DNA from: a virus
Lineage: Duplodnaviria > Caudoviricetes
Length of the DNA stretch: 35,186 nt
IMG/VR virus record: IMGVR_UViG_3300028364_000083
Location: 1-35,186 of that record
Strand: one strand, 5' to 3'
The notes under the pieces were generated by a model. It saw nothing but the letters and a program-made list of their open reading frames with translations, was not told where the DNA came from and ran no database searches. This document shows, one piece after another, positions 25,385-33,989 of this stretch (position 1 is the first letter of the stretch; each line of letters starts with the position of its first letter). A program made the position numbers and the translations under genes.

Positions 25385-26352
25385 TGAATACATTTTTACT
25401 GCCATATAATTCTGCAAGTAAGTCAGCTAAAATCTTAGCTTCCGCTTTAGGTATACAACGTATCAATATTAACCGTTCTACACCCCGAAAGGCTACTAGG
25501 AACATAATTAACTGGGGTAACACAGGCTTATCTCTCCCACCAGAGGGCCTAGGAGCTACAGGGAAGGTATGGAACCACCCTGACGACCTAAGGGTAGCCT
25601 CTAACAAATTAGAGTGCTTAGAACGCCTTGCAGGAGCAGGGGTAACTGTGCCTGAATTCACTACAGATATGGCTCAGGCATCTATGTGGCTAGAGGACGA
25701 CAGAGAGGTTGTAGAAAGACACATCCTTAATGGTTCGTCTGGTCGAGGTATCGTCATTGTTAACAGCACAGATCAGTTAAGTCAATGCCCTCTGTACACC
25801 TTGTACGTAAAGAAAAAGGAAGAGTATCGTGTACATATCATTGACGGTGTTGTAGTGGACGTACAGCGTAAGGCACGTAAGCTTGACGTAGACAGCACTC
25901 TTGTTAACTGGAAGGTACGTAACTTAGAAGGGGGATTTATCTTTGCAAGGCAGAACATAGACACTCCTGTAGACGTTATAGGTCAAGCTCTATCAGCTTA
26001 TGATGCTTTAGACTTAGACTTCTGTGCTATAGACGTGATCTATAACGAGAAGCAAAAGCGTGCTTACGTGTTAGAGGTTAACACAGCTCCGGGACTAGAG
26101 GGCACTACACTAGATACGTATGTTAATGGTCTAACAGCGTTGATGAACAACGATGCACAGAGACCTTTTGACGTTAACACTGACGCTAATCAGGACTTCC
26201 CAGAAGAGACAGGTCCAGCCCCTGTACCCGTCCCTCAGCTCCCTACGAGTAATTCCCCTCAGTGGGTTGCACAGCCTCTACAGTGGGTACATGTCGACGA
26301 AACTAACGAAGACGACGATACGGAGCAAGAGTACTATGATGGGGAAGAGTAA
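25384..26352 (+). CDS. ATP-grasp peptide ligase (RimK/YheCD-like)
   Basis: IINWG, NKL..L, G..VPEF, GSSGRGI, EYRVHI, VRN..GGF, LDF.AIDVI and VLEVNTAPGL motifs, with a Pro-rich then acidic tail. Confidence 0.9.
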   Translation: MNTFLLPYNSASKSAKILASALGIQRININRSTPRKATRNIINWGNTGLSLPPEGLGATGKVWNHPDDLRVASNKLECLERLAGAGVTVPEFTTDMAQASMWLEDDREVVERHILNGSSGRGIVIVNSTDQLSQCPLYTLYVKKKEEYRVHIIDGVVVDVQRKARKLDVDSTLVNWKVRNLEGGFIFARQNIDTPVDVIGQALSAYDALDLDFCAIDVIYNEKQKRAYVLEVNTAPGLEGTTLDTYVNGLTALMNNDAQRPFDVNTDANQDFPEETGPAPVPVPQLPTSNSPQWVAQPLQWVHVDETNEDDDTEQEYYDGEE

Positions 26353-26587
26353 TCCGTTACAACCAACATTAAACTTTTTGAACTTAAACCCTGTACGTGT
26401 GTCAGACTATACACTAGACGAACCTAAGAGGGTTGTCTGGTCAGAACAAATAGCAGAAATCGTTGAGCTACTTCAGGAAGGATACAGTGTACTTGCTGTA
26501 TCTAAGCTGTACAGTGTTCACGTAACGACTATGTACACAGTTATCCGTTCATTCGGGTACAACAGTAAAGGACAGAAGAATGGCTAA
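26336..26587 (+). CDS. Small helix-turn-helix protein
   Basis: ATG 26336 follows GGAG; 83 aa. IVELLQEGYSVLAVSKLYSVHVTTMYTVIR fits an HTH pattern. Confidence 0.65.
   Translation: MMGKSNPLQPTLNFLNLNPVRVSDYTLDEPKRVVWSEQIAEIVELLQEGYSVLAVSKLYSVHVTTMYTVIRSFGYNSKGQKNG
26379..26406 (+). promoter_or_regulatory. sigmaE/ECF-like promoter upstream of the replication genes
   Basis: TGAACT-N16-GTCAGA (equivalently GAACTT-N16-TCAGA), lying inside the HTH ORF. Confidence 0.5.
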
Positions 26588-26720
26588 ATCTATGAATGAT
26601 TTAATAAACGAACTGAACTCACGAGTACAAGAGCTTCAAGAAGAGATCGAGGATAAGGATAACTATATCTTTGAGCTTGAGGGGCGTGTAGAGTTCTTGG
26701 AGAGTGCAGATGAAAGCTAG
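26580..26720 (+). CDS. 46-aa acidic coiled-coil peptide
   Basis: Not in the ORF track. Reads MAKSMNDLINELNSRVQELQEEIEDKDNYIFELEGRVEFLESADES with RBS AAGGA. Confidence 0.65.
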   Translation: MAKSMNDLINELNSRVQELQEEIEDKDNYIFELEGRVEFLESADES

Positions 26721-26874
26721 AAAGATATGGATTGCAGAACATCCAGAAGACTGCACAAAAAACAAAGTACGTTTCATAGCACCGAGTGACCAAACCGAGT
26801 ACTGGCATAGGGTTTACGGCTACGAGGTTGTAGGTAGCGAGTACAAAGAGTACGTAATACTGGAGATAGATTAA
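26710..26874 (+). CDS. 54-aa hypothetical protein
   Basis: Not in the ORF track. Reads MKARKIWIAEHPEDC...YVILEID with RBS GGAG and a TAATG overlap with the next gene. Confidence 0.65.
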   Translation: MKARKIWIAEHPEDCTKNKVRFIAPSDQTEYWHRVYGYEVVGSEYKEYVILEID

Positions 26875-27095
26875 TGAACGATGCAGAGTTGACGATTATG
26901 GGCTTTTTAGTGGGGGCATTTGTTGCGCTAGCTGGATCTATACATGTATCAAATACGACAGACACCCCTGTAGCTAAAGACATAGCACACATACAAAGCG
27001 CAATCACAGTATGTAACGAGCATGGTTTACAGCCCTATAGCACAGACCACAAACGTGTTACCTGTAGTAATGGTAAGACGTACATCTTGGAGTAA
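26874..27095 (+). CDS. Small membrane-anchored or exported protein
   Basis: 73 aa with an N-terminal hydrophobic segment and two Cys. Confidence 0.65.
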   Translation: MNDAELTIMGFLVGAFVALAGSIHVSNTTDTPVAKDIAHIQSAITVCNEHGLQPYSTDHKRVTCSNGKTYILE

Positions 27096-27097
27096 GT

Positions 27098-27529
27098 ATG
27101 CACAAGGTGAAGGTGTTACCTCATCCCGAAGCTAAAACGACAGAGAAATCATACTTCTATGCAAGACTTCTTAAAGAGAGGCAGGATTACGGGAAAGAGG
27201 TTTCACCTGTGTACAACAGAGTAGGTTTGTATTTAGATAATTCTGGCGCTTGTTGGGAGGAGTGGGCAGGACGGGCTTGGGAGTACAACCCTGAGTACTT
27301 CAAGTACTGCTTAGCTGTTCTTAATTCACAGGAGTTAAGCTCAAAAGTTATACAGATGCTAAGGTGTATTCAGCTATTTGATCCTAAAATTCTGACTAAA
27401 AAACAAACAACCCTCCTGATGCACTACGATCAAGGACTATCCGTAAGTAAGGTATCCAGAGAAAGTAAACAGAGACGAAGAAAGCTTATAATCCACTACG
27501 CAAATAGAACAGGAGCAAGTATTGACTAA
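27098..27529 (+). CDS. Hypothetical protein
   Basis: 143 aa with RBS GGAG, overlapping the primase start. Confidence 0.7.
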   Translation: MHKVKVLPHPEAKTTEKSYFYARLLKERQDYGKEVSPVYNRVGLYLDNSGACWEEWAGRAWEYNPEYFKYCLAVLNSQELSSKVIQMLRCIQLFDPKILTKKQTTLLMHYDQGLSVSKVSRESKQRRRKLIIHYANRTGASID

Positions 27530-29189
27530 GAAATATGTAGAGCGTTTACCGCACAGTTGCGGCACTAAGCGTGGGCTACAAGTCTTTATGCAAGACGATG
27601 GGAACTACGATGGATACTGTTACAGTTGCAGTACATACGTCAAGAACCCCTATGACGCGCATAACAAAGACTACATCCCACCTAAACCACAAGTTAAATC
27701 TCAGGACGATATAAACAAGGAACTCGCTAATATCAGTAAGCTACCTACAGAAGCTTGCCCTAAAGATAAACTTGATAAGGAAACCCTTGAACACTTCGGT
27801 GTTAAGCTAGGTTTCGACAGAGAGACTGCACAGGAGATACGCAGTCATTACTATCCCTACGAACGTGACGGTGTTGTTACCTCGTATCAAGTTAAGGTTC
27901 TCGAAGGTAAGATCTTTTTCTTTGTAGGTAACACAAGAAGTATAGAACCCTTCGGGTGGAGACAAGCTGTACAGAACGGTGGTGCTAAGCTATTCATAAC
28001 AGAGGGTCAGAAGGATGCTATGGCATTGCTACAGACCCTTAAGAAGTTCGGTAAGTTCGAGAAGACTCCTGCTGTTATATCATTACCTAATGGTGTTAAG
28101 TCAGTTGACTCGATGGTTCCTTTCATCAAGCAGTTCGATAGGTGGAAAGAGGTTATTGTATGCTTCGACATGGATAAGGCAGGAGAGGGTGCTACTAAAA
28201 CCTTCGCTAAGCTGTATCCTGAGTGCAAGGTCGCTAAGTATCCCCTTAAAGACTCACACGATATGCTTATGGCTGACAGAGGGCAAGAGCTTTTTCAGGC
28301 TGTTATGTTCCGCGCTAAGACACAGTTAAGCGATAAGCTTGTACGTAGTTCAGATGTATGGGATCAAGCATCTAAACGTCCAGAGATGGGACTTAGCTGG
28401 CCTTGGGCTGGACTTACTGACTTAACTAGGGGGATACGTAGGGGTGAGGGTGCTTACTTCGGTGGTGGCGTAAAAATGGGTAAGTCATGCTTAGTAGATG
28501 AGCTAGGTACACACCTTATCACACAACACAACGTCCCTGTGTTTTTCTGTAAGCCTGAACAAGAGAACCATATCACTGCACAGAAGCTTGCAGGGGTGGC
28601 TACAAGTCATATCTTTCACGACCCTAAGCGTGAGTTCAACATGGAGGCTTTCGAGCGTGGTAAGCGTCTCATAGACGATAAGGCTATCATGTATGGAGAG
28701 TACGGTAAAATTAATTGGGACGACCTCAAGAGAGAGATACGCTACGTTAACAGGGCAGAGGGTGTCAACGACATAATTATTGACCCTATAACATGCTTAA
28801 CTGTAGGCATGGGTTCTGGTGAAGCTAACGAGAGATTAGTAGAGATCGCATCTGATATAGCGGCTATGGCTAAAGAGTTAGCATTCACGTACTACATCTT
28901 TTGTCACCTTAACAGTCCTCAGAGTGGACTTCCTCACGAGAGAGGTGGTCATGTACTTAGTAACCAATTCGCTGGCTCAAGAGCTATGATGCGTGCATGT
29001 TACATGATGATCGGTCTTGAGGGTAACAAAGATCCTGAGCAACCTAACCTAAAGAATGTAAGGCAGTTAGTTCTCTTAGAGGACAGGAACTTCGGAGAGA
29101 GTGGCAAGATACCTTTACTGTACAATCCTAACACTGGCAGGTTACTTGAGTCATACATGAACGACAACGAAGAAAACAAGGAGGAGTAA
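27522..29189 (+). CDS. DNA primase-helicase (T7 gp4-like)
   Basis: Zn ribbon (H.CG...CYSC), TOPRIM (ITEGQKDA, SLPNG, FDMD) and SF4 helicase (GGVKMGKS, IIIDP, CHL, FAGSRAM, RNFGESG). TTG start after AGGAG. Confidence 0.93.
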   Translation: MTKKYVERLPHSCGTKRGLQVFMQDDGNYDGYCYSCSTYVKNPYDAHNKDYIPPKPQVKSQDDINKELANISKLPTEACPKDKLDKETLEHFGVKLGFDRETAQEIRSHYYPYERDGVVTSYQVKVLEGKIFFFVGNTRSIEPFGWRQAVQNGGAKLFITEGQKDAMALLQTLKKFGKFEKTPAVISLPNGVKSVDSMVPFIKQFDRWKEVIVCFDMDKAGEGATKTFAKLYPECKVAKYPLKDSHDMLMADRGQELFQAVMFRAKTQLSDKLVRSSDVWDQASKRPEMGLSWPWAGLTDLTRGIRRGEGAYFGGGVKMGKSCLVDELGTHLITQHNVPVFFCKPEQENHITAQKLAGVATSHIFHDPKREFNMEAFERGKRLIDDKAIMYGEYGKINWDDLKREIRYVNRAEGVNDIIIDPITCLTVGMGSGEANERLVEIASDIAAMAKELAFTYYIFCHLNSPQSGLPHERGGHVLSNQFAGSRAMMRACYMMIGLEGNKDPEQPNLKNVRQLVLLEDRNFGESGKIPLLYNPNTGRLLESYMNDNEENKEE

Positions 29190-29266
29190 TGTTTATGACT
29201 GGACTTTTTATATGGGGAGCAATATTTTTTGTTGCTATAATTATTCTGTATTACAACGAGGATTAA
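29189..29266 (+). CDS. 25-aa (or 23-aa) single-TM peptide
   Basis: MFMTGLFIWGAIFFVAIIILYYNED, with a TAATG overlap and GGAGGAG upstream. The second ATG at 29195 has better RBS spacing. Confidence 0.55.
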   Translation: MFMTGLFIWGAIFFVAIIILYYNED

Positions 29267-29269
29267 CAG

Positions 29270-29587
29270 ATGAAATACTCAATGTTACTTGACGGGTTTC
29301 CTGCTACGAAAAAATACCCTAGTCCTGTAGAACGTCTTGTTCGTTTAGCTGGACAAGATTTTGATGATTATAAATGCAGGGTTACAAATCCTTGTATTAC
29401 TGCAAGGGAGGGGATTATAATAGGAAACTACATTGTAGAGCTCGAAAAGAAACTAGCACAGGCAGAAGCAAGAATTGAAGAAGTTCTTGAGCAAAACCGT
29501 AACTTTTTACGCGAGCTTGATATTAAAACTCAACAAGCTAAAGAGTACCAAAGGCTGTTAATTAAGATGGATGAAAAAAGCCGATGA
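29270..29587 (+). CDS. Hypothetical coiled-coil protein
   Basis: 105 aa with RBS GAGGA. Confidence 0.7.
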   Translation: MKYSMLLDGFPATKKYPSPVERLVRLAGQDFDDYKCRVTNPCITAREGIIIGNYIVELEKKLAQAEARIEEVLEQNRNFLRELDIKTQQAKEYQRLLIKMDEKSR

Positions 29588-29883
29588 GTGATTTAGAGCA
29601 GCAAGCCGAAGGTGAGGAACACAAGTTACCGTACGTATTCGACCTGTTTTTTGACGTAAAGACAATGGAGCAGGTTGAACGAATAGCTCGGGGAGAGGGG
29701 GACCACAGCAGTGCTACTCCATATGAACTATACGAGATGTTTGAAGGCCAAAACCTGCCTATTCCTGAATGCCTGAAAGTGTACACTAACCCGTACATCT
29801 GGATAGACCAGACAGGAACATGGCAGAAAGAGAAACCACCTGAACACGATATGTTCAGATTCAAGAAGGCGAGATATGTATGA
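29584..29883 (+). CDS. Hypothetical protein
   Basis: 99 aa with ATGA overlaps. Confidence 0.7.
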   Translation: MSDLEQQAEGEEHKLPYVFDLFFDVKTMEQVERIARGEGDHSSATPYELYEMFEGQNLPIPECLKVYTNPYIWIDQTGTWQKEKPPEHDMFRFKKARYV

Positions 29884-30080
29884 AAACTAAGCACGAACGT
29901 AAGAAACAAACCATGAACGCAGTAACAGCCTCTAACCTAGCAGAGGGGCATCAAGTCCCTGTGTTCGCTATGAAGTCTGATGTACCTAAGAACAAGGTAA
30001 CAGCCTCGCACCGTAAAGCACCTCCGGGATACTTACGTATCATGCCGGGTGTTCCTTATGTTAACGCGGAGAACTTCTAA
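29880..30080 (+). CDS. Basic hypothetical protein
   Basis: 66 aa, coupled by overlaps at both ends. Confidence 0.65.
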   Translation: MKTKHERKKQTMNAVTASNLAEGHQVPVFAMKSDVPKNKVTASHRKAPPGYLRIMPGVPYVNAENF

Positions 30081-30295
30081 TGCAAGACATAGCCCGTTGG
30101 TTCCTTAATGTAACTTACTCTCGACTGTCCTTTTGGTTCCTGTTTATACAGCTATCGTCTCTTCTAGGTATGTTTGTATTCTTTAGCAGTGATGTTCTGT
30201 TCTCTGTGTTGACGTTACTAACACTGTCAGCAGGGGCCGCATTATTTTGGTACGACGAGTTATGGAACTGGTTGGAGAAAAAAGGTGAGGGTTAA
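30080..30295 (+). CDS. Small two-TM membrane protein
   Basis: 71 aa with two hydrophobic segments and a TAATG overlap. Confidence 0.7.
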   Translation: MQDIARWFLNVTYSRLSFWFLFIQLSSLLGMFVFFSSDVLFSVLTLLTLSAGAALFWYDELWNWLEKKGEG

Positions 30296-30306
30296 CAGGA
30301 GGAAAG

Positions 30307-32214
30307 ATGAGGACTTGCGTAGCAGATATAGAGGCAAATGGCTTAAGAGACGTAGTGACGAAGGCTCATTGTGGTGTCTTCATAGACGTCAATACTGAGG
30401 AAGAGTTCCAGTTCACACCTGACCAGATACCTCAGATGCTTAAGTTCATGGACACTTGCGGTACTCTGATCTTCCAGTACGGCTACGGCTATGACTACCC
30501 TGTTCTGAAACAATTGTATAACTACGAGTTCAAAGGCAAAAAGGTTGATACCTTGCTGATGTCTCGACTGCTGTACCCTGAGTACCCGCAGCACTCTGTA
30601 GAGTCTTGGGGTGTACGTTTCGGTAGACCTAAGCCTAAGATAGAGGACTGGAGTACTTTTACTCCTGAGATGATGCACAGGTGTTCTGAGGATGTACATA
30701 TACAACTAAGGATGTACCGTACATTTGTCAGTAAAATCAAGAAAGAGGGTTGGCCCCCTAGTAGTCTTAAGCTAACGTTTCGTTTGTTTGAGATACTACA
30801 GATGCAGGAAGATAACGGATGGCCTGTGGATATTAACAGCATCGTCAAGAGCATAAGTATGCTAGAGAACTGGATACGGAGGATTGATAAAGTAATCGTC
30901 CCTAAGCTCCCTAACGTCCTTGTACAGCCCTACACTGTACCCGTTAACAAACCCTTCCTGATGGATAGGTCTCTGTCTGCAATCGCTTGTAGGTGGGTTA
31001 CAACTCCAGAGGAGCAAGCTCAGGTAGGTGGGCCTTTTAGTAGGGTACAATACCGTAAGGTAAATCTCGATAGTAACGATGAGCTGAAGAGGTTCTTAAT
31101 TGACGAGGGGTGGCAACCTCGTGAGTGGAACTACAAAAAAGACCCTAAAACAAAGAGGATGATGAAAGACGATGAAGGCAAACCCATTATTACTTCTGCT
31201 AAAATTAAGCACGATGATCCTTTTCTGGGCATTGATGGTGGCCTTGGTCGTCTCGCTAGTAAGCGCGTACAAGCTAGAAGTAGAAAATCAATCCTTGAAG
31301 GCTGGCAACGTACAGTTAGAGAGGACGGTACAGTGTCACAGAGAATTACTGGTATCGCTTCAACAGGCAGACTCAAGCACTCAGGCATTGTTAATGTCCC
31401 CGGCAACGAGTCCTTTTTTGGAGTCCAGATGCGGCAGGTCTTCATTGCACCAGAGCCTTTCGTTTTAGTAGGTACTGACTCGGCAGGTTGTCAAGACAGG
31501 ATGCTCCTAGGACGAGCTAACGAGTACGGTGTTAACGATCCAGTGTTCGAGGATATGTTACTCAACGGTGACAAGTCTAAGGGCACTGACAGCCACTCAA
31601 GAGCCGCTAGTGCTTTAAACGAGGTATTCAAGCGTAACAAGATGCACACGATCTCCAGAGCTAAAGCTAAGAACTTCAATTATGCTTATAAATTCAATGC
31701 AATGGATAAGAAATTAGGTGACATGGCAAAGGCAGGACCAAAGGTAGGAGGTGAGATACGGACAGCACTGGACAATATCTTTACGTCTCAAGTAGGTGTA
31801 CAGGATCGTCTAGTCGAGGAGTGGGAGTCTAACGCTGAGCAGAGGATCAATGCTTGGGGCAGGGCTGAGTACGTTAACGGATGGTTCAGAGGGCTAGATG
31901 GAAGGCCTATCTATGTGAAGCTAGGCAAGGATGTTCTTGTGTATGCTTTACAATCAGACGAAGCTATTATGATGCAGTACGCTTTATGCTTCCTGTATCA
32001 GTGGCTTACTAAAGCAGGTATGGTTTACGGTACAGACTATAAGTTCGTAGCTAATGTGCATGACGAGTATCAAGCCCTTGTCCATAAAGATAAGGTAGAT
32101 ATTTACGTACCTCTAGCTAACAAAAGTATAGAACATGCCGCTAAGTACCTTAAAATACAATGTCCGCATAAAGGAGAATCAGATGTCGGAACTAACTGGG
32201 CACAAACTCACTAA
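30307..32214 (+). CDS. Family A DNA polymerase (T7 gp5-like, with 3'-5' exonuclease)
   Basis: ExoI ADIEANGL, ExoII-like GYDYPVL, ExoIII CSEDV, TGRL.H, motif A GTDSAGCQDR, motif B RAKAKNFNYAYKFN and motif C NVHDEYQ. Confidence 0.95.
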   Translation: MRTCVADIEANGLRDVVTKAHCGVFIDVNTEEEFQFTPDQIPQMLKFMDTCGTLIFQYGYGYDYPVLKQLYNYEFKGKKVDTLLMSRLLYPEYPQHSVESWGVRFGRPKPKIEDWSTFTPEMMHRCSEDVHIQLRMYRTFVSKIKKEGWPPSSLKLTFRLFEILQMQEDNGWPVDINSIVKSISMLENWIRRIDKVIVPKLPNVLVQPYTVPVNKPFLMDRSLSAIACRWVTTPEEQAQVGGPFSRVQYRKVNLDSNDELKRFLIDEGWQPREWNYKKDPKTKRMMKDDEGKPIITSAKIKHDDPFLGIDGGLGRLASKRVQARSRKSILEGWQRTVREDGTVSQRITGIASTGRLKHSGIVNVPGNESFFGVQMRQVFIAPEPFVLVGTDSAGCQDRMLLGRANEYGVNDPVFEDMLLNGDKSKGTDSHSRAASALNEVFKRNKMHTISRAKAKNFNYAYKFNAMDKKLGDMAKAGPKVGGEIRTALDNIFTSQVGVQDRLVEEWESNAEQRINAWGRAEYVNGWFRGLDGRPIYVKLGKDVLVYALQSDEAIMMQYALCFLYQWLTKAGMVYGTDYKFVANVHDEYQALVHKDKVDIYVPLANKSIEHAAKYLKIQCPHKGESDVGTNWAQTH

Positions 32215-32240
32215 TACTTTACTCTTAAATTAAAATAATC

Positions 32241-32268
32241 TGAACTAACCTGAATTACTGTAGTCTTA
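32241..32268 (+). promoter_or_regulatory. sigmaE/ECF-like promoter upstream of the SSB-like gene
   Basis: Intergenic TGAACT-N16-GTCTTA. Confidence 0.6.
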
Positions 32269-32314
32269 TATATCTAACCTATAAGATAATAGAACATTCA
32301 TACAAATATAGTTA

Positions 32315-32376
32315 TTAAATACTTCTTAAATACTTCTTAAATACTTCTTAAATATCACTTAAACATTTATTAAATA
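32315..32376 (+). repeat. Six TTAAAYA heptamers at exact 11-bp spacing
   Basis: Starts at 32315, 32326, 32337, 32348, 32359 (TTAAACA) and 32370. The unit TTAAATACTTC occurs three times in tandem. Confidence 0.88.
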
Positions 32377-32427
32377 ACTAAACACCATCTGTACAACAGA
32401 TACTTACAACAAACCATTAGGAATCAT

Positions 32428-33153
32428 ATGCCAAGTATATACAATGAACCAAAAAGAGAAACAAAGCAAAGAGCACTAATCGAAGATGGACAACAGATAG
32501 CACGTATTGTTCAAGTAATAGATTTTGGTCTACAAACCCAGCGTCCCTACAAAGGCGAAGCTAAACTCCCTGCATACGAAGTATACCTCACAGCAGAATT
32601 CCCTGAACAGCGTATAGAGATAGACGGTGAGTCTAAACCTATGTGGAAGTCTAAGCGTTTAAAACTAAGCTCTGACGACCGTTCAACTTGCTATAAGTGG
32701 TACAACAAGCTAGACCCTAAAGGTGTGTACAAAGGCGAATGGTGTGAGTTAGTTGAGACTCCCCTTGTTGCGTTCATTACTCACAATCTAGGCAAAGGTA
32801 AGAACGCAGGTAAGACGTTCGATGAGATCAGTGACATAGGCCCAGTTATGAAAGGCTTTGTTGCTCCACCACTTGAGAACGACCCTGTTACTTTCGATCT
32901 AACCTCACCTAACCTCGATGTGTTCAACAGCTTCCCTTCTTGGATTCAGAACATCATTAAGGAGAACCTTGAGTACGACGGAAGTAGACTACAACGCCTA
33001 GTCGAGGGTATCCCTACAAGGGTCACAGCTAAGTCCTCAGAAAGCGACGTGGATGAGATAGAGCCTAAGGCAGAGCCTCAAGAAAAAGCTAAGGTAACTA
33101 AAGAGTCGATGTTCTCACCTGCCACTGAATACGACGACGAAATCGAATGGTAA
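32428..33153 (+). CDS. Putative single-stranded DNA-binding protein
   Basis: 241 aa beta-rich protein between the polymerase and the exonuclease, with an acidic tail ending in an aromatic residue (EYDDEIEW) like phage SSBs. Confidence 0.6.
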   Translation: MPSIYNEPKRETKQRALIEDGQQIARIVQVIDFGLQTQRPYKGEAKLPAYEVYLTAEFPEQRIEIDGESKPMWKSKRLKLSSDDRSTCYKWYNKLDPKGVYKGEWCELVETPLVAFITHNLGKGKNAGKTFDEISDIGPVMKGFVAPPLENDPVTFDLTSPNLDVFNSFPSWIQNIIKENLEYDGSRLQRLVEGIPTRVTAKSSESDVDEIEPKAEPQEKAKVTKESMFSPATEYDDEIEW

Positions 33154-33989
33154 TCCAGAAGCCTGAAATAGGTCTTATCGACGCAGATTTGTTCTGTTAC
33201 GATATACCTTTTGCTTGTCAGGCTAAGGACAAAGAGACGGGGGAGCTGATGGTGGCTCCCTTTTCTCGATGTATCCGTAGGCTAGAAGGCAGGCTACAAG
33301 GTATAAGAGAAGCCACAGGTTGTACACAGTTCGAGCTGTACTTAACAGGTAAGGGTAACTTCAGACACGAAGTAGCTAAGATCCTTCCTTACAAAGGTAA
33401 CAGAAAATCAGATCGTGCTTACCATTACCGCAACATGATGAATTACCTGCAATGGGCTTACGGGGCTAATCTTGTTCAAGGCATGGAAGCAGATGATGCT
33501 TTAGCTATACGACAGATAGAGTTACAAGATCGTAGTGTAATTATTTCCAGAGACAAAGATCTCCGTATGGTTCCCGGTTGGCATTACTCATGGGGTGTTA
33601 CTAACCAACCAGAGAAGCCCTTAGAGCACATCACCGAGCTAGGCTACCTTACTCTTACTAAGAAAACTAAAGAGGTTAATGGTGTAGAGAAGCACACCTA
33701 CAAGCTAACAGGTGGTGGAATAAGATGGTTCTATGCTCAGTGCATGATGGGAGATAGTACAGATAACATCCAAGGTATCCCAAGAGTACGTGATGTTAAT
33801 GCTTACAAAACACTACAGGAGTGTCAGAATGAAACAGAGTTATATGAAGCAACGCTTAAAGCTTATCAAGAACATTTCATTGATGAAGAGGTCGGGTACA
33901 ATTCCTTCAAGGAGAACGCTAGGCTCCTTTGGATGGTCAGGAACCTTGACGAGAATCAAATGCCGGTAATGTGGGAAATGAAATCGTGA
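33147..33989 (+). CDS. 5'-3' exonuclease (T7 gp6/FEN-like)
   Basis: LIDAD, NFR......YKGNR, MEADDA, SRDKDL.MVPG.HY and GDSTDNI.G motifs. Confidence 0.92.
   Translation: MVIQKPEIGLIDADLFCYDIPFACQAKDKETGELMVAPFSRCIRRLEGRLQGIREATGCTQFELYLTGKGNFRHEVAKILPYKGNRKSDRAYHYRNMMNYLQWAYGANLVQGMEADDALAIRQIELQDRSVIISRDKDLRMVPGWHYSWGVTNQPEKPLEHITELGYLTLTKKTKEVNGVEKHTYKLTGGGIRWFYAQCMMGDSTDNIQGIPRVRDVNAYKTLQECQNETELYEATLKAYQEHFIDEEVGYNSFKENARLLWMVRNLDENQMPVMWEMKS

Noticed and set aside
29724-29751. Fifth sigmaE-like promoter TGAACT-N16-GGCCAA
   Set aside because: It lacks the conserved TC of the -10 element and is intragenic.
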